Origin: Escherichia phage ST0
Strand: one strand, 5' to 3'
Sequence record: MF044457
Length of the DNA stretch: 64,000 nucleotides
Below the pieces are notes generated by a model, which made no database searches, was not told the origin of the DNA, and was given only the letters and a program-made list of their open reading frames with translations. Positions 7,927 to 19,333 of the stretch are shown one piece after another. A program made the position numbers and the translations under genes. Each line of letters begins with the position of its first letter. The first letter of the stretch is position 1.

Positions 7927-10900
7927 TTATGCTAAACGAACGATATAGTTAAAAGCAACGTTTTTAACTGTGTTTTCTGTATTACCTGTACTATTTACAG
8001 TGATAGTATGACCGTGCGAACCAATAGCTACTGAATGAGTGTGAGCGCCAATACCTACGGTGTGAGTATGAGCGCCAATACCTACCGTATGCGCATGGTT
8101 GCCTGTGGTGCTAGTAGTACCAGACCAACTATGGGTGTGGGCACCATCATTTGATGTTTTACCGACCTTAGTTGCTAAAGTCGAACCAGTGATACCTGAG
8201 TTAAGTTTAGCGTATGCGTTTGCACTTATCGTAGTAACCCCGTCTCTAAACAAATCGTCTGCCCATGCAGCAGTGACCTGTGGACCTGAACGCGTGTGTT
8301 GGTGAGCACCAGCGGAACTAGTATTACCACTCACTGTATGGCTATGGTTGCCAGTGGTATTACTGGTCTTAGTACCATAATCAAAGCTTGAAGTCGTTTT
8401 GCTACCGTAATCAAAACTTGACGTATTTTTAGTACCCAAATCTGTGTTTGATGCACTTGCACTATGGCTATGTGACTTAACACCGTCTGCTTCTGTACTT
8501 AATACAGCACGACCAGATGGTTTACCCTTGATAGTTTGACCACGCATATCAGGCAGAGTGCCGGAAGGATACACTGCAGCTAACTTAGGATACAAGCCAG
8601 CATCAAATGTTTGACCTTCCATTATGGCATAGCCTTCAGGAGGTGTATCAGTAGGCCAAGGAATCGGAGCACCAATCGGGTAACTCGAGACAATATCCGT
8701 CTTAAGGTTATTTATTGTGGTATTCAAGTTAGCAAAATTACCAGAACCACCAGTGATATTACCATCAGTACCAATACGAACATTACCAGCGCCTAATTTA
8801 CCAGGAGAATAAAAATCACCGTTTTTATTAAATTCCCATCCAAGATCCTTTATAACAGCACCAGTAGAAACGCCGTCACCACCTTCGTGATAATGAACTC
8901 TAAAGTTACCACCATTAATTAAAGTACCAATAGAATAGCAACTATTATTTTGAACGTATCTTTGTTTCACAATAGGAACATAAGTGCTTGTATCGGTTCT
9001 ATCTATATTCATGTAGAACGGAGCACGAACGTTTTCATTATTTTGTGAAGCAAAAGAACCAGCTCCAGCAGGTCGTGCAGTATCAGTACATTCAGCGTCG
9101 ATATATGCCGATTGTCCTAATTGCATACGGTAATTAGGAGAAATGCGACTATGGCTAGTTATAACAACAAGTTTATTATCATTATCAACGGTCACCATAT
9201 TACCGCCAGCACCGTCATCACCTAACGTAACAGAATGGCGCATTTGAACCATACCATTATTAAGACTAATACTTAGTGGACGGAGATTACTTATTCCACC
9301 ACTTTCACCTGCATCTTTAAGTGTAGGTATAATATGCAAAGACGCTTCAGAACGACGGAAAATAGCTCCATATTCAGCATTGTAAATACGGAAAGCATCT
9401 GCGGTATTACCGATTTTAACTTGACCGGTAATAGAACCGCCACCGGATAAAACAAGCCCGTTATCCATAGTAACTTGTCCGGATAATGCACTTAATCCAT
9501 TAACTCTAAGACTTCCATCGGTGATAATGCTCCCTCTAGCATTAACTTGTCCATTGAACTGGGTTACAACAGGTCCCACAGTTTCTGAATCGGTTGGAGC
9601 TATGCGCTGAGAATAAAAATAATATCCCTGCCCGTCAGCTACTTCAAAAACTGTTTCACGAGTACGATCGCCGGATGCGTTAAATGAATTACCCCATGCT
9701 TTAACAGTTACGTAGCTTTTATTCTGCCCAGCACGAGTACCACCTTCCCACAAAATTTGCTTAGTGCCATCAACTGTAGTAGTTGGAGCGAATGTTAGCC
9801 CGGCAGTAGAATTATTAGCTGCTAAATATACACCATTATATATTGAAAGCTGCTTAGTGGATGTAATACCGCCATCAGCATAAAACATCACATTATTTGC
9901 ACCGGTTACCAATTTCAAAATACCCGGGTTAATTTCCATACCTTGTTGGGTATTGATATTCATCTGACCTGTACCACGGAAATAATGGGAAAATTTACCG
10001 CCAGAATTATATCCAATGTGGGTTTGACCATCACCTGCATTGTTTGTATCAGCCTGGGTTTGAACCGATAAAAGCGCGGCGTTGGTTCCAGGCATTGTCC
10101 AGGTTCCGCCTTGGTCTTCTGAGCGTCCAAATAATGCTTTACGAGTACTACGGAAACTATCAGGAGTAATAGAAGCAACAGAATTCCAATTACCTACTAA
10201 ATCATAAACGCCTTGCTTAATATATTTTAAACCAGTTGCAGCATCGCCCAAAGCAATATATCTTTCTCCCATTGGAGTAGGAGAGCCATAGTTGTTAGTA
10301 TTTTCGTCAGCAGTAATTGTGCCAATAGCAAGTGAACGACGTAATACCATTGCGCCATCATTACGAAGACCCATTAATTTAGTAGTAAGTGTATTTCCGG
10401 TCCACCAAGAAATTTCATCGTTCTTACCAGTTTGAGCTGAAGCGATTTCATGGTAAATAGTTCCGCCTGATTTAGCTCGAACTTTACGAAGATAGTTTAT
10501 ACCATTTTCTTCACCTGTTCCAGGATAAACATATTGAACTAATGATTGTGAATCATATTGTCCGAATGCCTTTGTATCTAAAATAATATTTTTAGTATTA
10601 ATCTGAGGTGAAGTAATATTTCCGAGAGCTGCAATATTTCCAGATGTAGTTATACTACCTCCTGATACTGCTAAACCTCCGCCGTCAACAGTAAATCCGC
10701 CGTCGCGTCGAAACGTCCAATATTTCGAATCGCCAGATTCATTGATATAATGAATCTTCAACGAACCTTCAGAAACTAAAGTACCTAATGAAAAAGTTCC
10801 ATCTTTAAAGCGTTGTTTAATTATAGGATTATATTCCGAAGTAGCGGTTGATGCGGAAATATCCATGAAAATAGGGGCTTTTGCCGTGTGTTGACCTGCC

Positions 10901-11199
10901 CAAGAACCAACTCCGGTGGCCTTATAAGCAAATTCGATATATCCACCAGATGCAACATTTTGTGAGCCTATTAAATTAAATGTACCTGTCTGAGTATAGT
11001 TACCTACGTGAGTTACATTACCGTTAATATCGCCGCCTTTAGCAAAGCCTAGGCTAATAATATTACCGAGGTCATCTTTAGTAAAAAGAGTTCGATCTTT
11101 TAAGTTTATCGCTAATTCGCCTTCGGCTAATTGTGCTGCAGTAGGATTAACTCCTGCCACTTTGCTTCTTTTAAATTGTATCTGTTTTAATGTAGCCAT
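7927..11199 (-). CDS. 37: long tail fibre distal subunit gp37 (receptor-recognising)
   Basis: 1090 aa; Gly/Ser/Thr-rich beta-structure composition; C-proximal histidine boxes (GNHSHT, GAHQHT, GAHTHS, GNHAHT, GAHTHT x2, GSHGHT) typical of the gp37 needle domain. Confidence 0.93.
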   Translation of the reverse strand: MATLKQIQFKRSKVAGVNPTAAQLAEGELAINLKDRTLFTKDDLGNIISLGFAKGGDINGNVTHVGNYTQTGTFNLIGSQNVASGGYIEFAYKATGVGSWAGQHTAKAPIFMDISASTATSEYNPIIKQRFKDGTFSLGTLVSEGSLKIHYINESGDSKYWTFRRDGGFTVDGGGLAVSGGSITTSGNIAALGNITSPQINTKNIILDTKAFGQYDSQSLVQYVYPGTGEENGINYLRKVRAKSGGTIYHEIASAQTGKNDEISWWTGNTLTTKLMGLRNDGAMVLRRSLAIGTITADENTNNYGSPTPMGERYIALGDAATGLKYIKQGVYDLVGNWNSVASITPDSFRSTRKALFGRSEDQGGTWTMPGTNAALLSVQTQADTNNAGDGQTHIGYNSGGKFSHYFRGTGQMNINTQQGMEINPGILKLVTGANNVMFYADGGITSTKQLSIYNGVYLAANNSTAGLTFAPTTTVDGTKQILWEGGTRAGQNKSYVTVKAWGNSFNASGDRTRETVFEVADGQGYYFYSQRIAPTDSETVGPVVTQFNGQVNARGSIITDGSLRVNGLSALSGQVTMDNGLVLSGGGSITGQVKIGNTADAFRIYNAEYGAIFRRSEASLHIIPTLKDAGESGGISNLRPLSISLNNGMVQMRHSVTLGDDGAGGNMVTVDNDNKLVVITSHSRISPNYRMQLGQSAYIDAECTDTARPAGAGSFASQNNENVRAPFYMNIDRTDTSTYVPIVKQRYVQNNSCYSIGTLINGGNFRVHYHEGGDGVSTGAVIKDLGWEFNKNGDFYSPGKLGAGNVRIGTDGNITGGSGNFANLNTTINNLKTDIVSSYPIGAPIPWPTDTPPEGYAIMEGQTFDAGLYPKLAAVYPSGTLPDMRGQTIKGKPSGRAVLSTEADGVKSHSHSASASNTDLGTKNTSSFDYGSKTTSSFDYGTKTSNTTGNHSHTVSGNTSSAGAHQHTRSGPQVTAAWADDLFRDGVTTISANAYAKLNSGITGSTLATKVGKTSNDGAHTHSWSGTTSTTGNHAHTVGIGAHTHTVGIGAHTHSVAIGSHGHTITVNSTGNTENTVKNVAFNYIVRLA

Positions 11200-11207
11200 A
11201 AGTCCTC

Positions 11208-11873
11208 TTAATAATAGCCGAAATCTTGAACAGAATCTTTAATTACAATCTGGTCGAAACGAGGAACATGATTAGCCTCAGACGCCGGATTCTGTGAGAA
11301 AAAGTTTGGTGCTGTTAAAGTACCAGCCATGGTATCGCCAGAACGCAATACACGGGAATTTGCGTTATCTGTAACAATATTTATTCGTCCATCAACGTAA
11401 TCTTTTCTTGTGAGATCATTTGCTGCAACCGGAGCAGTCATATCGCTTCTTACTTGTCCTGAAGCAGATACAACGCCTTTTGTACTAATATCGCCATTAC
11501 GTGTGTTAATTACAACAGTTCGAGCTGCTGAACCTTGCGATGATTTAAAACCAATACCATTCCACGAAACAATATCGATATTTGCTACAGCAAAAGTAGC
11601 ATTATCACCGTTACCTGGATAAACGCCGCATGGGTTTGTGTTGTTTACAGCATACGGAACTTGAACGCCACCGTTAAATGTTACCTTTGATGCATACGTA
11701 CCACCATTAGCTTTAGAAACGAAATCATTATCAGCCGCTTGTGGTTTATTATATTCTGAATAGAGTTTAAACGTTTTATACAGGACGTCATCACCTGCTG
11801 GCATTAAAGGGAAATTACCTTGATGCCATATGACAGCACCGCCAGTTGTACTACCAGCTTTTAAATCGGCCAT
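11208..11873 (-). CDS. 36: long tail fibre distal connector gp36
   Basis: 221 aa as in T4; synteny 34-35-36-37. Confidence 0.9.
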   Translation of the reverse strand: MADLKAGSTTGGAVIWHQGNFPLMPAGDDVLYKTFKLYSEYNKPQAADNDFVSKANGGTYASKVTFNGGVQVPYAVNNTNPCGVYPGNGDNATFAVANIDIVSWNGIGFKSSQGSAARTVVINTRNGDISTKGVVSASGQVRSDMTAPVAANDLTRKDYVDGRINIVTDNANSRVLRSGDTMAGTLTAPNFFSQNPASEANHVPRFDQIVIKDSVQDFGYY

Positions 11874-11897
11874 AGTTGTCTCCTTATATGTATACCA

Positions 11898-11905
11898 TAT
11901 TTATA
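11898..11905 (-). promoter_or_regulatory. late promoter (TATAAATA) for gene 36/37 transcript
   Basis: Plus-strand TATTTATA is TATAAATA on the minus strand, upstream of the gene 36 start at 11873. Confidence 0.6.
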
Positions 11906-11930
11906 CAAAAATGGGAGACCGAAGTCTCCC
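11906..11930 (-). terminator. terminator hairpin after gene 35
   Basis: GGGAGAC-CGAA-GTCTCCC stem (18 nt) followed on the minus strand by ATTTTT. Confidence 0.6.
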
Positions 11931-11935
11931 TAAAT

Positions 11936-13063
11936 TTATTCCGATGCTTCTTTAAATTCTTGTCCAAATACCTTACCAGTATCAGTTGAAGATTGAGTAG
12001 GTAATGTCATTATGTCTGGGGCACTTAAAGATTCTGAAACATAATTTACACGAATACCATTTATACCAAACTCGGCAGGTTTTGAAACGCTTCCATTACA
12101 TGATACTTCAGTGAATATAACGTTTCTTAATCCACCTTGCCCGACTGGAGCTGTACGATAACAATAAATCGTGAACCCGTCAGCACCAGCAGGAATTTCT
12201 ACGTAGTCTTCATATATCTTCCATTCACCTGCGGCCCCATCAAAGTTTGTATCTTTAAATGAAATAGGTGAAGTAGAAGGAGATTTAAAGAAACGAATAG
12301 AAAGTCGTGTCGTCCCTTGTGCTAACAAATCAGCATCGGCCATTAGTTGGAATTTCATATAAAGGAAATCTCCAGGCTTCAATTTATACCCAGCGAGAGG
12401 TGTAATAAGGGATGTTGTAGGCATCCTTTTAATTTCATTATTAGTACCTCCAACAGCAGATAAAAATGTGTCTGTCGATTCGTACGTACGACTAGGGAAG
12501 CCGGTAGCACCAATATCATCGATCGTGTCGTACACAACATCAAGTGGTGTACTATAGTCGGTTGAAGTTTTCTTATTACTATACTTAATATGCTCTAGTG
12601 CTATAGCATTCTTACCAGAAATATAAAATGCTGAATAAGAAATGTCCACTATATTTAAAACTTGTTGAGCTAATGGAATAACAGAACTCCCAGCTTTAGT
12701 AAACCACGCAAGAACTTCTGGCGGAAAGTTTGTTTTAGCGTTAGTAACAAGAGCAAATATAAAATTAGAAGCGTATGTGTCCATGTAAGTAACAAATGCA
12801 CTTGACGTGGCGTCGTTTTCAGTAGAGAAATTATATGACTTAGATTCAACTACTGCACCTGTTGTAGGATTTATTACACGAACGTTTAATCCAACAGAAA
12901 AAACCTGGGACCCAAGTGGATTATCTTGGAACTTAATATAAGCAGGAGATGTTGATAGCGGGCAAGAGCCCGCTATGCTTAATTTAAATCGTACTGAATT
13001 GCTTTCCGATAAAAATGGCGTTTGGACGTATCCTTGTCCGAACTTAGCCATAAATTTTTCCAT
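11936..13063 (-). CDS. 35: long tail fibre hinge/connector gp35
   Basis: 375 aa (T4 372 aa); synteny. Confidence 0.88.
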   Translation of the reverse strand: MEKFMAKFGQGYVQTPFLSESNSVRFKLSIAGSCPLSTSPAYIKFQDNPLGSQVFSVGLNVRVINPTTGAVVESKSYNFSTENDATSSAFVTYMDTYASNFIFALVTNAKTNFPPEVLAWFTKAGSSVIPLAQQVLNIVDISYSAFYISGKNAIALEHIKYSNKKTSTDYSTPLDVVYDTIDDIGATGFPSRTYESTDTFLSAVGGTNNEIKRMPTTSLITPLAGYKLKPGDFLYMKFQLMADADLLAQGTTRLSIRFFKSPSTSPISFKDTNFDGAAGEWKIYEDYVEIPAGADGFTIYCYRTAPVGQGGLRNVIFTEVSCNGSVSKPAEFGINGIRVNYVSESLSAPDIMTLPTQSSTDTGKVFGQEFKEASE

Positions 13064-13071
13064 AATACCTC

Positions 13072-16000
13072 TTATTCAATCCACTCAAATTTAACAGTTT
13101 TATTCACAGGGTCTGGAATAATGCGAACATTACCAATCCTTAAGAAATCCCTTATTGTCAAGTTTCCGATTGTTGCATTATCAGAAGGTAAAGCGCCAAT
13201 ATCAGAAGGTTGAGGAGGGTTTCCGCCATCAAATACCTGAACAAAACTCGACCAAGAATTTTTAGTTTTCTGCCATGTACGTGTCCAACGGGTTGTACGT
13301 GCTTCTGGAGTTGTTGGATAAGTAATCCAATCTTGGTAAAGTGAATCAAGTGTATTACCAAACTGAGTCAATGTACCAGGAGATTTAACTTCTTCGCCAC
13401 GTTCTAAGTATGGAAGCCCAGTCACTTCATTAGTTTTTTCAACCATTTTAAAATAACCCGGGAATTGGTTATAAGTAGCTGAATCATTAATGTCAATTGA
13501 CCAGAATCCTACAGTATCAGATGTCGGTGCACGGGTGTATAAATCAGCGGTTTTAGTGCCCTGAGAACGAATTCTCGAGTTAACAGTTAAACCACCTGAA
13601 TTTATAGTAGCACCTTTGGCAATGATTAAGCTTTCACCAACCGTTACTTGGCCGGATGCATTATTAATAGCTAAAGGACGTAATCCATTAAATCCGCCAG
13701 TCTGATCACCTGATGCAGTAAGCATAAAATAGGTATTAGCAGCATCATTACGAATAAAGAATCCGTAATTACCACTAATTGCTCTGAATGCGTTTGCACT
13801 ATAGGTTATAAATTCACCCTGTGCTGTCACCGAACGTCCAAATGTTGCCGCACCATTAGCATTCAATGTTCCGGATGCATTAACATTAATCGGCCGAACT
13901 GTACCGTTGATGCTGAAAGTAATATTACCAAGGTTATCCCGTTGTGAATAAAAGTGGTTAGATGTTTCATCACCAACTTCAAATATCGTAGCACGAGATG
14001 TATCAGAACCGCCGGCGAATTGGTTACCCCATACACGGATATTCATCGCCTGAGCAGGGTTGTTTCCAGTTTGTGGACCTTTTTCAAATATTAAGCGAGT
14101 TGAAGCACCTGTATTAGAAATAGTTAATGTACTATTAGCAGATACCGAACCACCAAACGTAGCCGTACTAGATGATACAAGAGGGGCACTCAGATTCGTT
14201 TGTTGGGTTAAGGTTAGTGAACCATTAACCGTCTGTGCAATGTCCCTACGAATGAACTGAGATGAATCTAGGCCATCTAATAAATTTGCGTCAGCAGCTT
14301 TTGCTTTTAATGGCAAGTAATTTGCCAATACACGGTTTAATTCATACGGTGATACTGCATAGCTATTTTTCTCGTATAGCTCTAAGTTTTGTGTAGAACC
14401 GACTGTATCATTACCAACGAATGTAATAGAACCGGATGAAGTTTTAACGAATCCGCGAATTGCTGTAGTAGCAGCCCATGTTGGTTCGTTCTGGACAATC
14501 CATTTTAAATTCTTAGGAGATACAGCAGTGTTCGCTGACGTTCCAGTCACAGTTTCAGCCTGAGTAGCAACCTTGATTACACCTTCAGACGTTTCAGTGG
14601 ACTTAGTCCCTAAAAGCTTTTTAGGAGTAATAAGAACATCATCTAAAGTTCCTGCATTAGATTCTGCCTGGGTCGCTACGCGAAGTGTACCACGTTGTGT
14701 TTCATTTGCTTTAGAAATATCAAGAGTATAATGGTTCCACAAGGTTCCTTCTTCAATAAGTCCGGAATCAGAATTAACACTGGTACGGTCAGAAGAATCA
14801 AAATGAGTTTTAATTTTCAGTGGAGTCGAGATACGAGTATCATCAGTTCCAGTATCAAATTCAACTTGCGTAGCAATTTCGGCTATGCCGGATAATCCTT
14901 CCGTCGCTCTCCTATCATTTAACGTCTTAGGCGTTACTGCACGTGTATAATCAGTCCCAGCATTAGTTTCTGCTTGCGTAGCAATTTCAATTAAACCAAT
15001 ACGTCCATCAGTAGAAGTTTTCTTATGTAGTGTTTCAGGAGTTACTACAGCATGAGAGTATCCAGACTGAGATTGTCCAGCAATTACTTCACTATCAATA
15101 GCTAAAATTACTGCACCTTGTTGGGCGTAAGTTGCTTTATATTGGTCAAGGGCTTTAGGAGAAATAGTTAAATTATTTACGGTTTTATTATAAACGTTAG
15201 TGCCTGCGGCCCCACGAGTTTCAGCAGGAGTAGCAGAAGTAGTTGATACATATTTAACTATACCCGATAGTGTTTCGGAACCCTGACGTGCCTGTAATTT
15301 CTTAGGTGTAATAATCGTTGTGTCATCAAGACCAGCATCGGTTTCAGTCTGAGTAGCAATTTCAGCAAGACCGCGACGAGTTTCAGTTGCTGTACGCTCA
15401 TTTAGTTTTTTAGGCGTAACAATAGTATCGTCCACAAATGATGCTGTGGAATTCTGGTTAACTTGTGCTGTTGTAGCAATTTTAGCGATACCACGTCGAG
15501 CTTCAGTTGCTGTACGATTTGCCAATGTTTCCGGAGTAATAGCAACTTCTTTAGCCGGAGTATTCTCTAAATCAACATTTGCTTGCGCTTGAGTAGCAAG
15601 AGCAATAACACCTAAACGAGCTCGTGTAGCATCAGTTCCAGCATCAACACGTTCTACAGTTGGGACGTTTTGTTGAACAACCCAATAACGTGTACCAGCA
15701 ACGGTGTCTTCGATATACGATAATTCTAATACAGGAACATATGAAGTAGTGCCATTGAATTCTAGTTCAGTAACAGAGACCCATTGAGCATCAGGTGGAT
15801 ATTCAGAACGTTTAGGGAACTGAAGCAACGCAACAGAAGAAGCAATTGTATCACCTTCGGCAGCTTTAATTTTTACGGTTTGGCCTTTACGCATGTAGTT
15901 CATTGAAATTTTAACAGTGTCACCACTCAAAATTCCAGTAGGCAGCGTAAGATTAATAGTTCCGGTTGTAGCGTTATTTGTGCCAAAAATAAGAACTTCT

Positions 16001-16947
16001 TCATTTGGACGAATATTTGAATCAGCACGGATAATACGAAGACGCGATTTCTGGTCGCCTTCCCATATACGCCATAAACTATTTGAAGCATCAAAAACAA
16101 AAAACGCGTCAGAGTCATTTCTGCCTTCGGCAATATGAGTCCCGACTTCACCAATAGACGTTGTATCATCAAATGTTTTAACAATTGTATGATACAGTGG
16201 GTTTAATTTATCTAAATCGACTAGGGTGATTATATCACCATTGTTAGCATTACGTGGAAGTGTAATGTTGATTGGTGCTGCACTAGTAAAACGACGAACG
16301 ATAAAATCATTTGCTTGTGCTTGATATGGTGTCGCAGGTGTAACAGTGATTGATTCTTTACCGTAATCAATGATATACATCTGCCACAAACGATTACTAA
16401 ACACAAACAATAGTTGTGAACGTGGACGCGTCATTAAAACTGTACGAACTTGTTCACCTCTAAAGTTTAAAATACTCTGCACAGACGCGTTAATCTGTAC
16501 TTTAACTGTCCCGGTTCTTCCACCAATATCAGCCAAAACAACAGTATCACCATCAACCGGCGCATTTGGCAACGTGAAAACCATATCATTGCCGGCCCCA
16601 GTGTTAACCGAAATAGAATCACCTGAAGAAAGTTGATAAGTCCCAGAAGAGACAGTTATCCATTGTGCATCGGTACGAACTGCACGCCATTGTAAAAGGT
16701 TAAATGCCCCGGAAGGAGACACGATATCATTTATTGCTTGATATAAACGGTTGTCATAAAGAACAACAAATCCTTTGTTATATCCACGCGTAGAATCATA
16801 TACTTGAACGGTGTTTTCTTGTACCAGGAAGTCAACGTTTACGCCATCAGTACCTACTGTACGGTCGGCTAATGCTACGTTAACAATCTTGTCGCCACCG
16901 GCGTCCAGACCGTCTTCGGCTCTGAACTTACGTTTGATGTCGGCCAT
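13072..16947 (-). CDS. 34: long tail fibre proximal subunit gp34
   Basis: 1291 aa (T4 1289 aa); internal repeated RGxAxIATQAE-type motifs; synteny. Confidence 0.93.
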   Translation of the reverse strand: MADIKRKFRAEDGLDAGGDKIVNVALADRTVGTDGVNVDFLVQENTVQVYDSTRGYNKGFVVLYDNRLYQAINDIVSPSGAFNLLQWRAVRTDAQWITVSSGTYQLSSGDSISVNTGAGNDMVFTLPNAPVDGDTVVLADIGGRTGTVKVQINASVQSILNFRGEQVRTVLMTRPRSQLLFVFSNRLWQMYIIDYGKESITVTPATPYQAQANDFIVRRFTSAAPINITLPRNANNGDIITLVDLDKLNPLYHTIVKTFDDTTSIGEVGTHIAEGRNDSDAFFVFDASNSLWRIWEGDQKSRLRIIRADSNIRPNEEVLIFGTNNATTGTINLTLPTGILSGDTVKISMNYMRKGQTVKIKAAEGDTIASSVALLQFPKRSEYPPDAQWVSVTELEFNGTTSYVPVLELSYIEDTVAGTRYWVVQQNVPTVERVDAGTDATRARLGVIALATQAQANVDLENTPAKEVAITPETLANRTATEARRGIAKIATTAQVNQNSTASFVDDTIVTPKKLNERTATETRRGLAEIATQTETDAGLDDTTIITPKKLQARQGSETLSGIVKYVSTTSATPAETRGAAGTNVYNKTVNNLTISPKALDQYKATYAQQGAVILAIDSEVIAGQSQSGYSHAVVTPETLHKKTSTDGRIGLIEIATQAETNAGTDYTRAVTPKTLNDRRATEGLSGIAEIATQVEFDTGTDDTRISTPLKIKTHFDSSDRTSVNSDSGLIEEGTLWNHYTLDISKANETQRGTLRVATQAESNAGTLDDVLITPKKLLGTKSTETSEGVIKVATQAETVTGTSANTAVSPKNLKWIVQNEPTWAATTAIRGFVKTSSGSITFVGNDTVGSTQNLELYEKNSYAVSPYELNRVLANYLPLKAKAADANLLDGLDSSQFIRRDIAQTVNGSLTLTQQTNLSAPLVSSSTATFGGSVSANSTLTISNTGASTRLIFEKGPQTGNNPAQAMNIRVWGNQFAGGSDTSRATIFEVGDETSNHFYSQRDNLGNITFSINGTVRPINVNASGTLNANGAATFGRSVTAQGEFITYSANAFRAISGNYGFFIRNDAANTYFMLTASGDQTGGFNGLRPLAINNASGQVTVGESLIIAKGATINSGGLTVNSRIRSQGTKTADLYTRAPTSDTVGFWSIDINDSATYNQFPGYFKMVEKTNEVTGLPYLERGEEVKSPGTLTQFGNTLDSLYQDWITYPTTPEARTTRWTRTWQKTKNSWSSFVQVFDGGNPPQPSDIGALPSDNATIGNLTIRDFLRIGNVRIIPDPVNKTVKFEWIE

Positions 16948-16977
16948 TCGTTTTTCCTTTATTGTTTCAATAATACT

Positions 16978-16985
16978 TATTTATA
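16978..16985 (-). promoter_or_regulatory. late promoter (TATAAATA) for gene 34
   Basis: Plus-strand TATTTATA about 30 nt upstream of the gene 34 start codon. Confidence 0.65.
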
Positions 16986-16988
16986 CCA

Positions 16989-17018
16989 GTTTACGCTTTC
17001 AAATGAGTATGTTACTAT
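16989..17018 (+). promoter_or_regulatory. early/middle promoter upstream of rnh
   Basis: GTTTAC 16989-16994 and TACTAT -10 with an 18-nt spacer. Confidence 0.5.
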
Positions 17019-17050
17019 AGATAAGTTGACTAACTGAACAAGAGGTTCAT

Positions 17051-17968
17051 ATGGATTTAGAAATGATGTTGGATGAAGATTACAAAGAAGGTATTGCACT
17101 TGCCGACTTTAGTAACATTGCATTAGCAGCCGCATTAAACAACTTTGAAGACGGTGATAAAATTACTGTTCCGATGGTTCGTCATGTAATCTTGAATTCA
17201 ATTCGTAAAAACGTAGTGATGTTCCGTAAGCAAGGCTATACAAAATTTGTATTGTGTATGGATAATGCTACTTCAGGTTATTGGCGTCGTGACTTTGCTT
17301 ACTATTACAAGAAAAATCGTAAAACCGATCGTGAAGCTTCAAAGTGGGATTGGGAAGGATATTTTACTGCGCTCCGTCAAGTTGTTGATGAGATTAAGAA
17401 ATACATGCCATACGTTGTAATGGATATTGACAAGTATGAAGCGGATGACCATATCGGTGTATTAACTAAATATTTGTCATTAGCTGGACATAAGGTATGT
17501 ATTGTTGCATCAGATGGTGACTTTACACAATTACACAAATATCCTAACGTTAAACAGTGGTCGCCACCACAGAAAAAATGGGTTAAAATTAAGAACGGTT
17601 CTGCTGAAATTGATTGCATGACTAAAATTCTTAAAGGTGACCGTAAAGACGGCGTTGCATCTGTTCGAGTTCGTGGCGACTTCTGGTTTACCAGAGTTGA
17701 TGGTGAACGAACTCCGAGCATGAAAACAACGATTATTGAAGCAATTGCCAATGACCGTTCTCAAGCTGAAGTATTATTAAGTGCGGAAGAATATAAACGG
17801 TATCAAGAAAATTTGGTTCTTATTGATTTTGATTATATCCCTGATAATATTGCTTCAACCATTATAGAGTATTATAACTCATATAAACCACAACCTAAAG
17901 GCAAGATTTATTCATACTTTGTAAAATCTGGACTTTCTAAATTAACAAGTGTAATTAATGAATTCTGA
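17051..17968 (+). CDS. rnh: RNase H (5'-3' exonuclease / flap endonuclease)
   Basis: 305 aa as in T4; recalled T4 RNase H similarity. Confidence 0.93.
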   Translation: MDLEMMLDEDYKEGIALADFSNIALAAALNNFEDGDKITVPMVRHVILNSIRKNVVMFRKQGYTKFVLCMDNATSGYWRRDFAYYYKKNRKTDREASKWDWEGYFTALRQVVDEIKKYMPYVVMDIDKYEADDHIGVLTKYLSLAGHKVCIVASDGDFTQLHKYPNVKQWSPPQKKWVKIKNGSAEIDCMTKILKGDRKDGVASVRVRGDFWFTRVDGERTPSMKTTIIEAIANDRSQAEVLLSAEEYKRYQENLVLIDFDYIPDNIASTIIEYYNSYKPQPKGKIYSYFVKSGLSKLTSVINEF

Positions 17969-17975
17969 GGTAAAC

Positions 17976-18245
17976 ATGGCTAAGAAAGAAGCAGTTGAAT
18001 TTAATCAAGATGTGCATGGTGAAGAACTGGCTAAACTAGTCAAGGAAGCTTCCGATAACAAACTTAAAATTTCTGGTTATAATGAACTGATTAAAGACAT
18101 TCGTACTCGTGCTAAAGAAGAGCTTGGCGTCGATGGAAAAATGTTTAATCGTTTGTTAGCTCTTTATCATAAAGACGCTCGTGATCAATTTGAAGCTGAA
18201 AACGAAGAGGTAGTCGAGCTTTATGACACAGTTTTCACTAAGTGA
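17976..18245 (+). CDS. dsbA: dsDNA-binding late-transcription protein DsbA
   Basis: 89 aa from the internal ATG preceded by GAGG; recalled T4 DsbA similarity (KLKISGYNELIKDIR.RAK.ELGVDGKMFNRLLALYHKD). Confidence 0.9.
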   Translation: MAKKEAVEFNQDVHGEELAKLVKEASDNKLKISGYNELIKDIRTRAKEELGVDGKMFNRLLALYHKDARDQFEAENEEVVELYDTVFTK

Positions 18246-18561
18246 TATTAAACCGGTTGATGAGGCCGGTTTATCTGAACAAGAATTAGCAGTAAAACAC
18301 GATAAAGATGATATCGCTAAATTACTTGACCGACAAGAAAACGGATTCATTATCGAATCCATGGTTGAACGATTTGGTATGTCTTATTTAGAAGCAACAA
18401 CTGCTTTCTTGGAAGAAAATTCTATTCCAGAAACACAATTTGCTAAATTTATTCCTACAGGAATTGTTGAAAAAATTACAAGCGAAGCAATTGACGAAAA
18501 CATGCTTCGCCCATCAGTTGCTCGTGGTGAAAAAACTAATACGTTAGATTTCTTATTATGA
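18223..18561 (+). CDS. 33: late-promoter transcription co-activator gp33
   Basis: 112 aa as in T4; synteny dsbA-33-59. Confidence 0.9.
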   Translation: MTQFSLSDIKPVDEAGLSEQELAVKHDKDDIAKLLDRQENGFIIESMVERFGMSYLEATTAFLEENSIPETQFAKFIPTGIVEKITSEAIDENMLRPSVARGEKTNTLDFLL

Positions 18562-19211
18562 TTAAAATACGCATGCCTCCTGACGGAGAACGTTATATTA
18601 ACGGAAAATCGGTATACAAACTATACTTGATGTGCAAACAACATTTTAATGGTCGGTATGACGTAATCAAATATAACTGGTGCATGCGTGTTTCGGATAA
18701 TGCGTATCAAAAACGCCGAGATAAATATTTCTTTGAAAAGCTAGCAGAGAAATATAAATTGAAGGAACTCACCTTGATATTCATCAGTAACTTAGTTGCT
18801 AACCAAGATGCATGGATTGGTGAGATATCAGACGCTGATGCATTAGTTTTCTATAGGGAATATATTGGACGTCTCAAACAAGCCAAGGAGACGTTTGCTG
18901 AAGATGTACGTAACATCTACTATTTCAGTAAGAAAGTTGAAGTTAGCGCGCTTCAAGAGATATTTGATTATAATAACAACGTTCAGTCGAGCTACATATT
19001 CAAATTGCTACAAAGCAATATAATTTCATTTGAGACTTTCTTATTGTTGGACTCATTTTTGAATATTATAGATAAGCACGACGAACTTACTGACAATTTA
19101 GTCTGGCAAAATTATTCTACCAAATTAAAGGCATATCGAAAAATACTTCAAATCGATGGAAATGCTGCTAAGAAATTGTTCATAGAAACAATCAAATCAT
19201 GTAGGTATTAA
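18558..19211 (+). CDS. 59: helicase loader gp59
   Basis: 217 aa; recalled T4 gp59 similarity (MIK.RMP..GERYI.GKSVYKLYLM.KQH.NG.YDVIKYNWCMRVSD). Confidence 0.95.
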   Translation: MIKIRMPPDGERYINGKSVYKLYLMCKQHFNGRYDVIKYNWCMRVSDNAYQKRRDKYFFEKLAEKYKLKELTLIFISNLVANQDAWIGEISDADALVFYREYIGRLKQAKETFAEDVRNIYYFSKKVEVSALQEIFDYNNNVQSSYIFKLLQSNIISFETFLLLDSFLNIIDKHDELTDNLVWQNYSTKLKAYRKILQIDGNAAKKLFIETIKSCRY

Positions 19212-19240
19212 GCTTTATTTCTTGTGTGTTAAAATTACTT

Positions 19241-19333
19241 TATAAATAAATCATACCAGCTACGAGGTATAAGTGTCGTAGCAACCAACTGTAAGTAAAT
19301 AAATTAAATAATCTAAATAAAAGGTAATAATCC
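19241..19333 (+). promoter_or_regulatory. gene 32 late promoter plus autoregulatory translational operator (pseudoknot and AU-rich tract)
   Basis: TATAAATA at 19241-19248; stem GCTACGA/TCGTAGC at 19259-19282 followed by repeated TAAAT/AAATTAAATAA units to the start codon, as in the known T4 gene 32 operator. Confidence 0.65.

Noticed and set aside
8340-8440. Possibility that the tandem 30-nt units in gene 37 are a CRISPR-like or satellite repeat
   Set aside because: Only two imperfect units, inside a coding frame and encoding a repeated peptide; a protein-level duplication, not a repeat array.
17377-17751. 124-aa minus-strand ORF inside rnh
   Set aside because: Antisense within a conserved gene; no start context.
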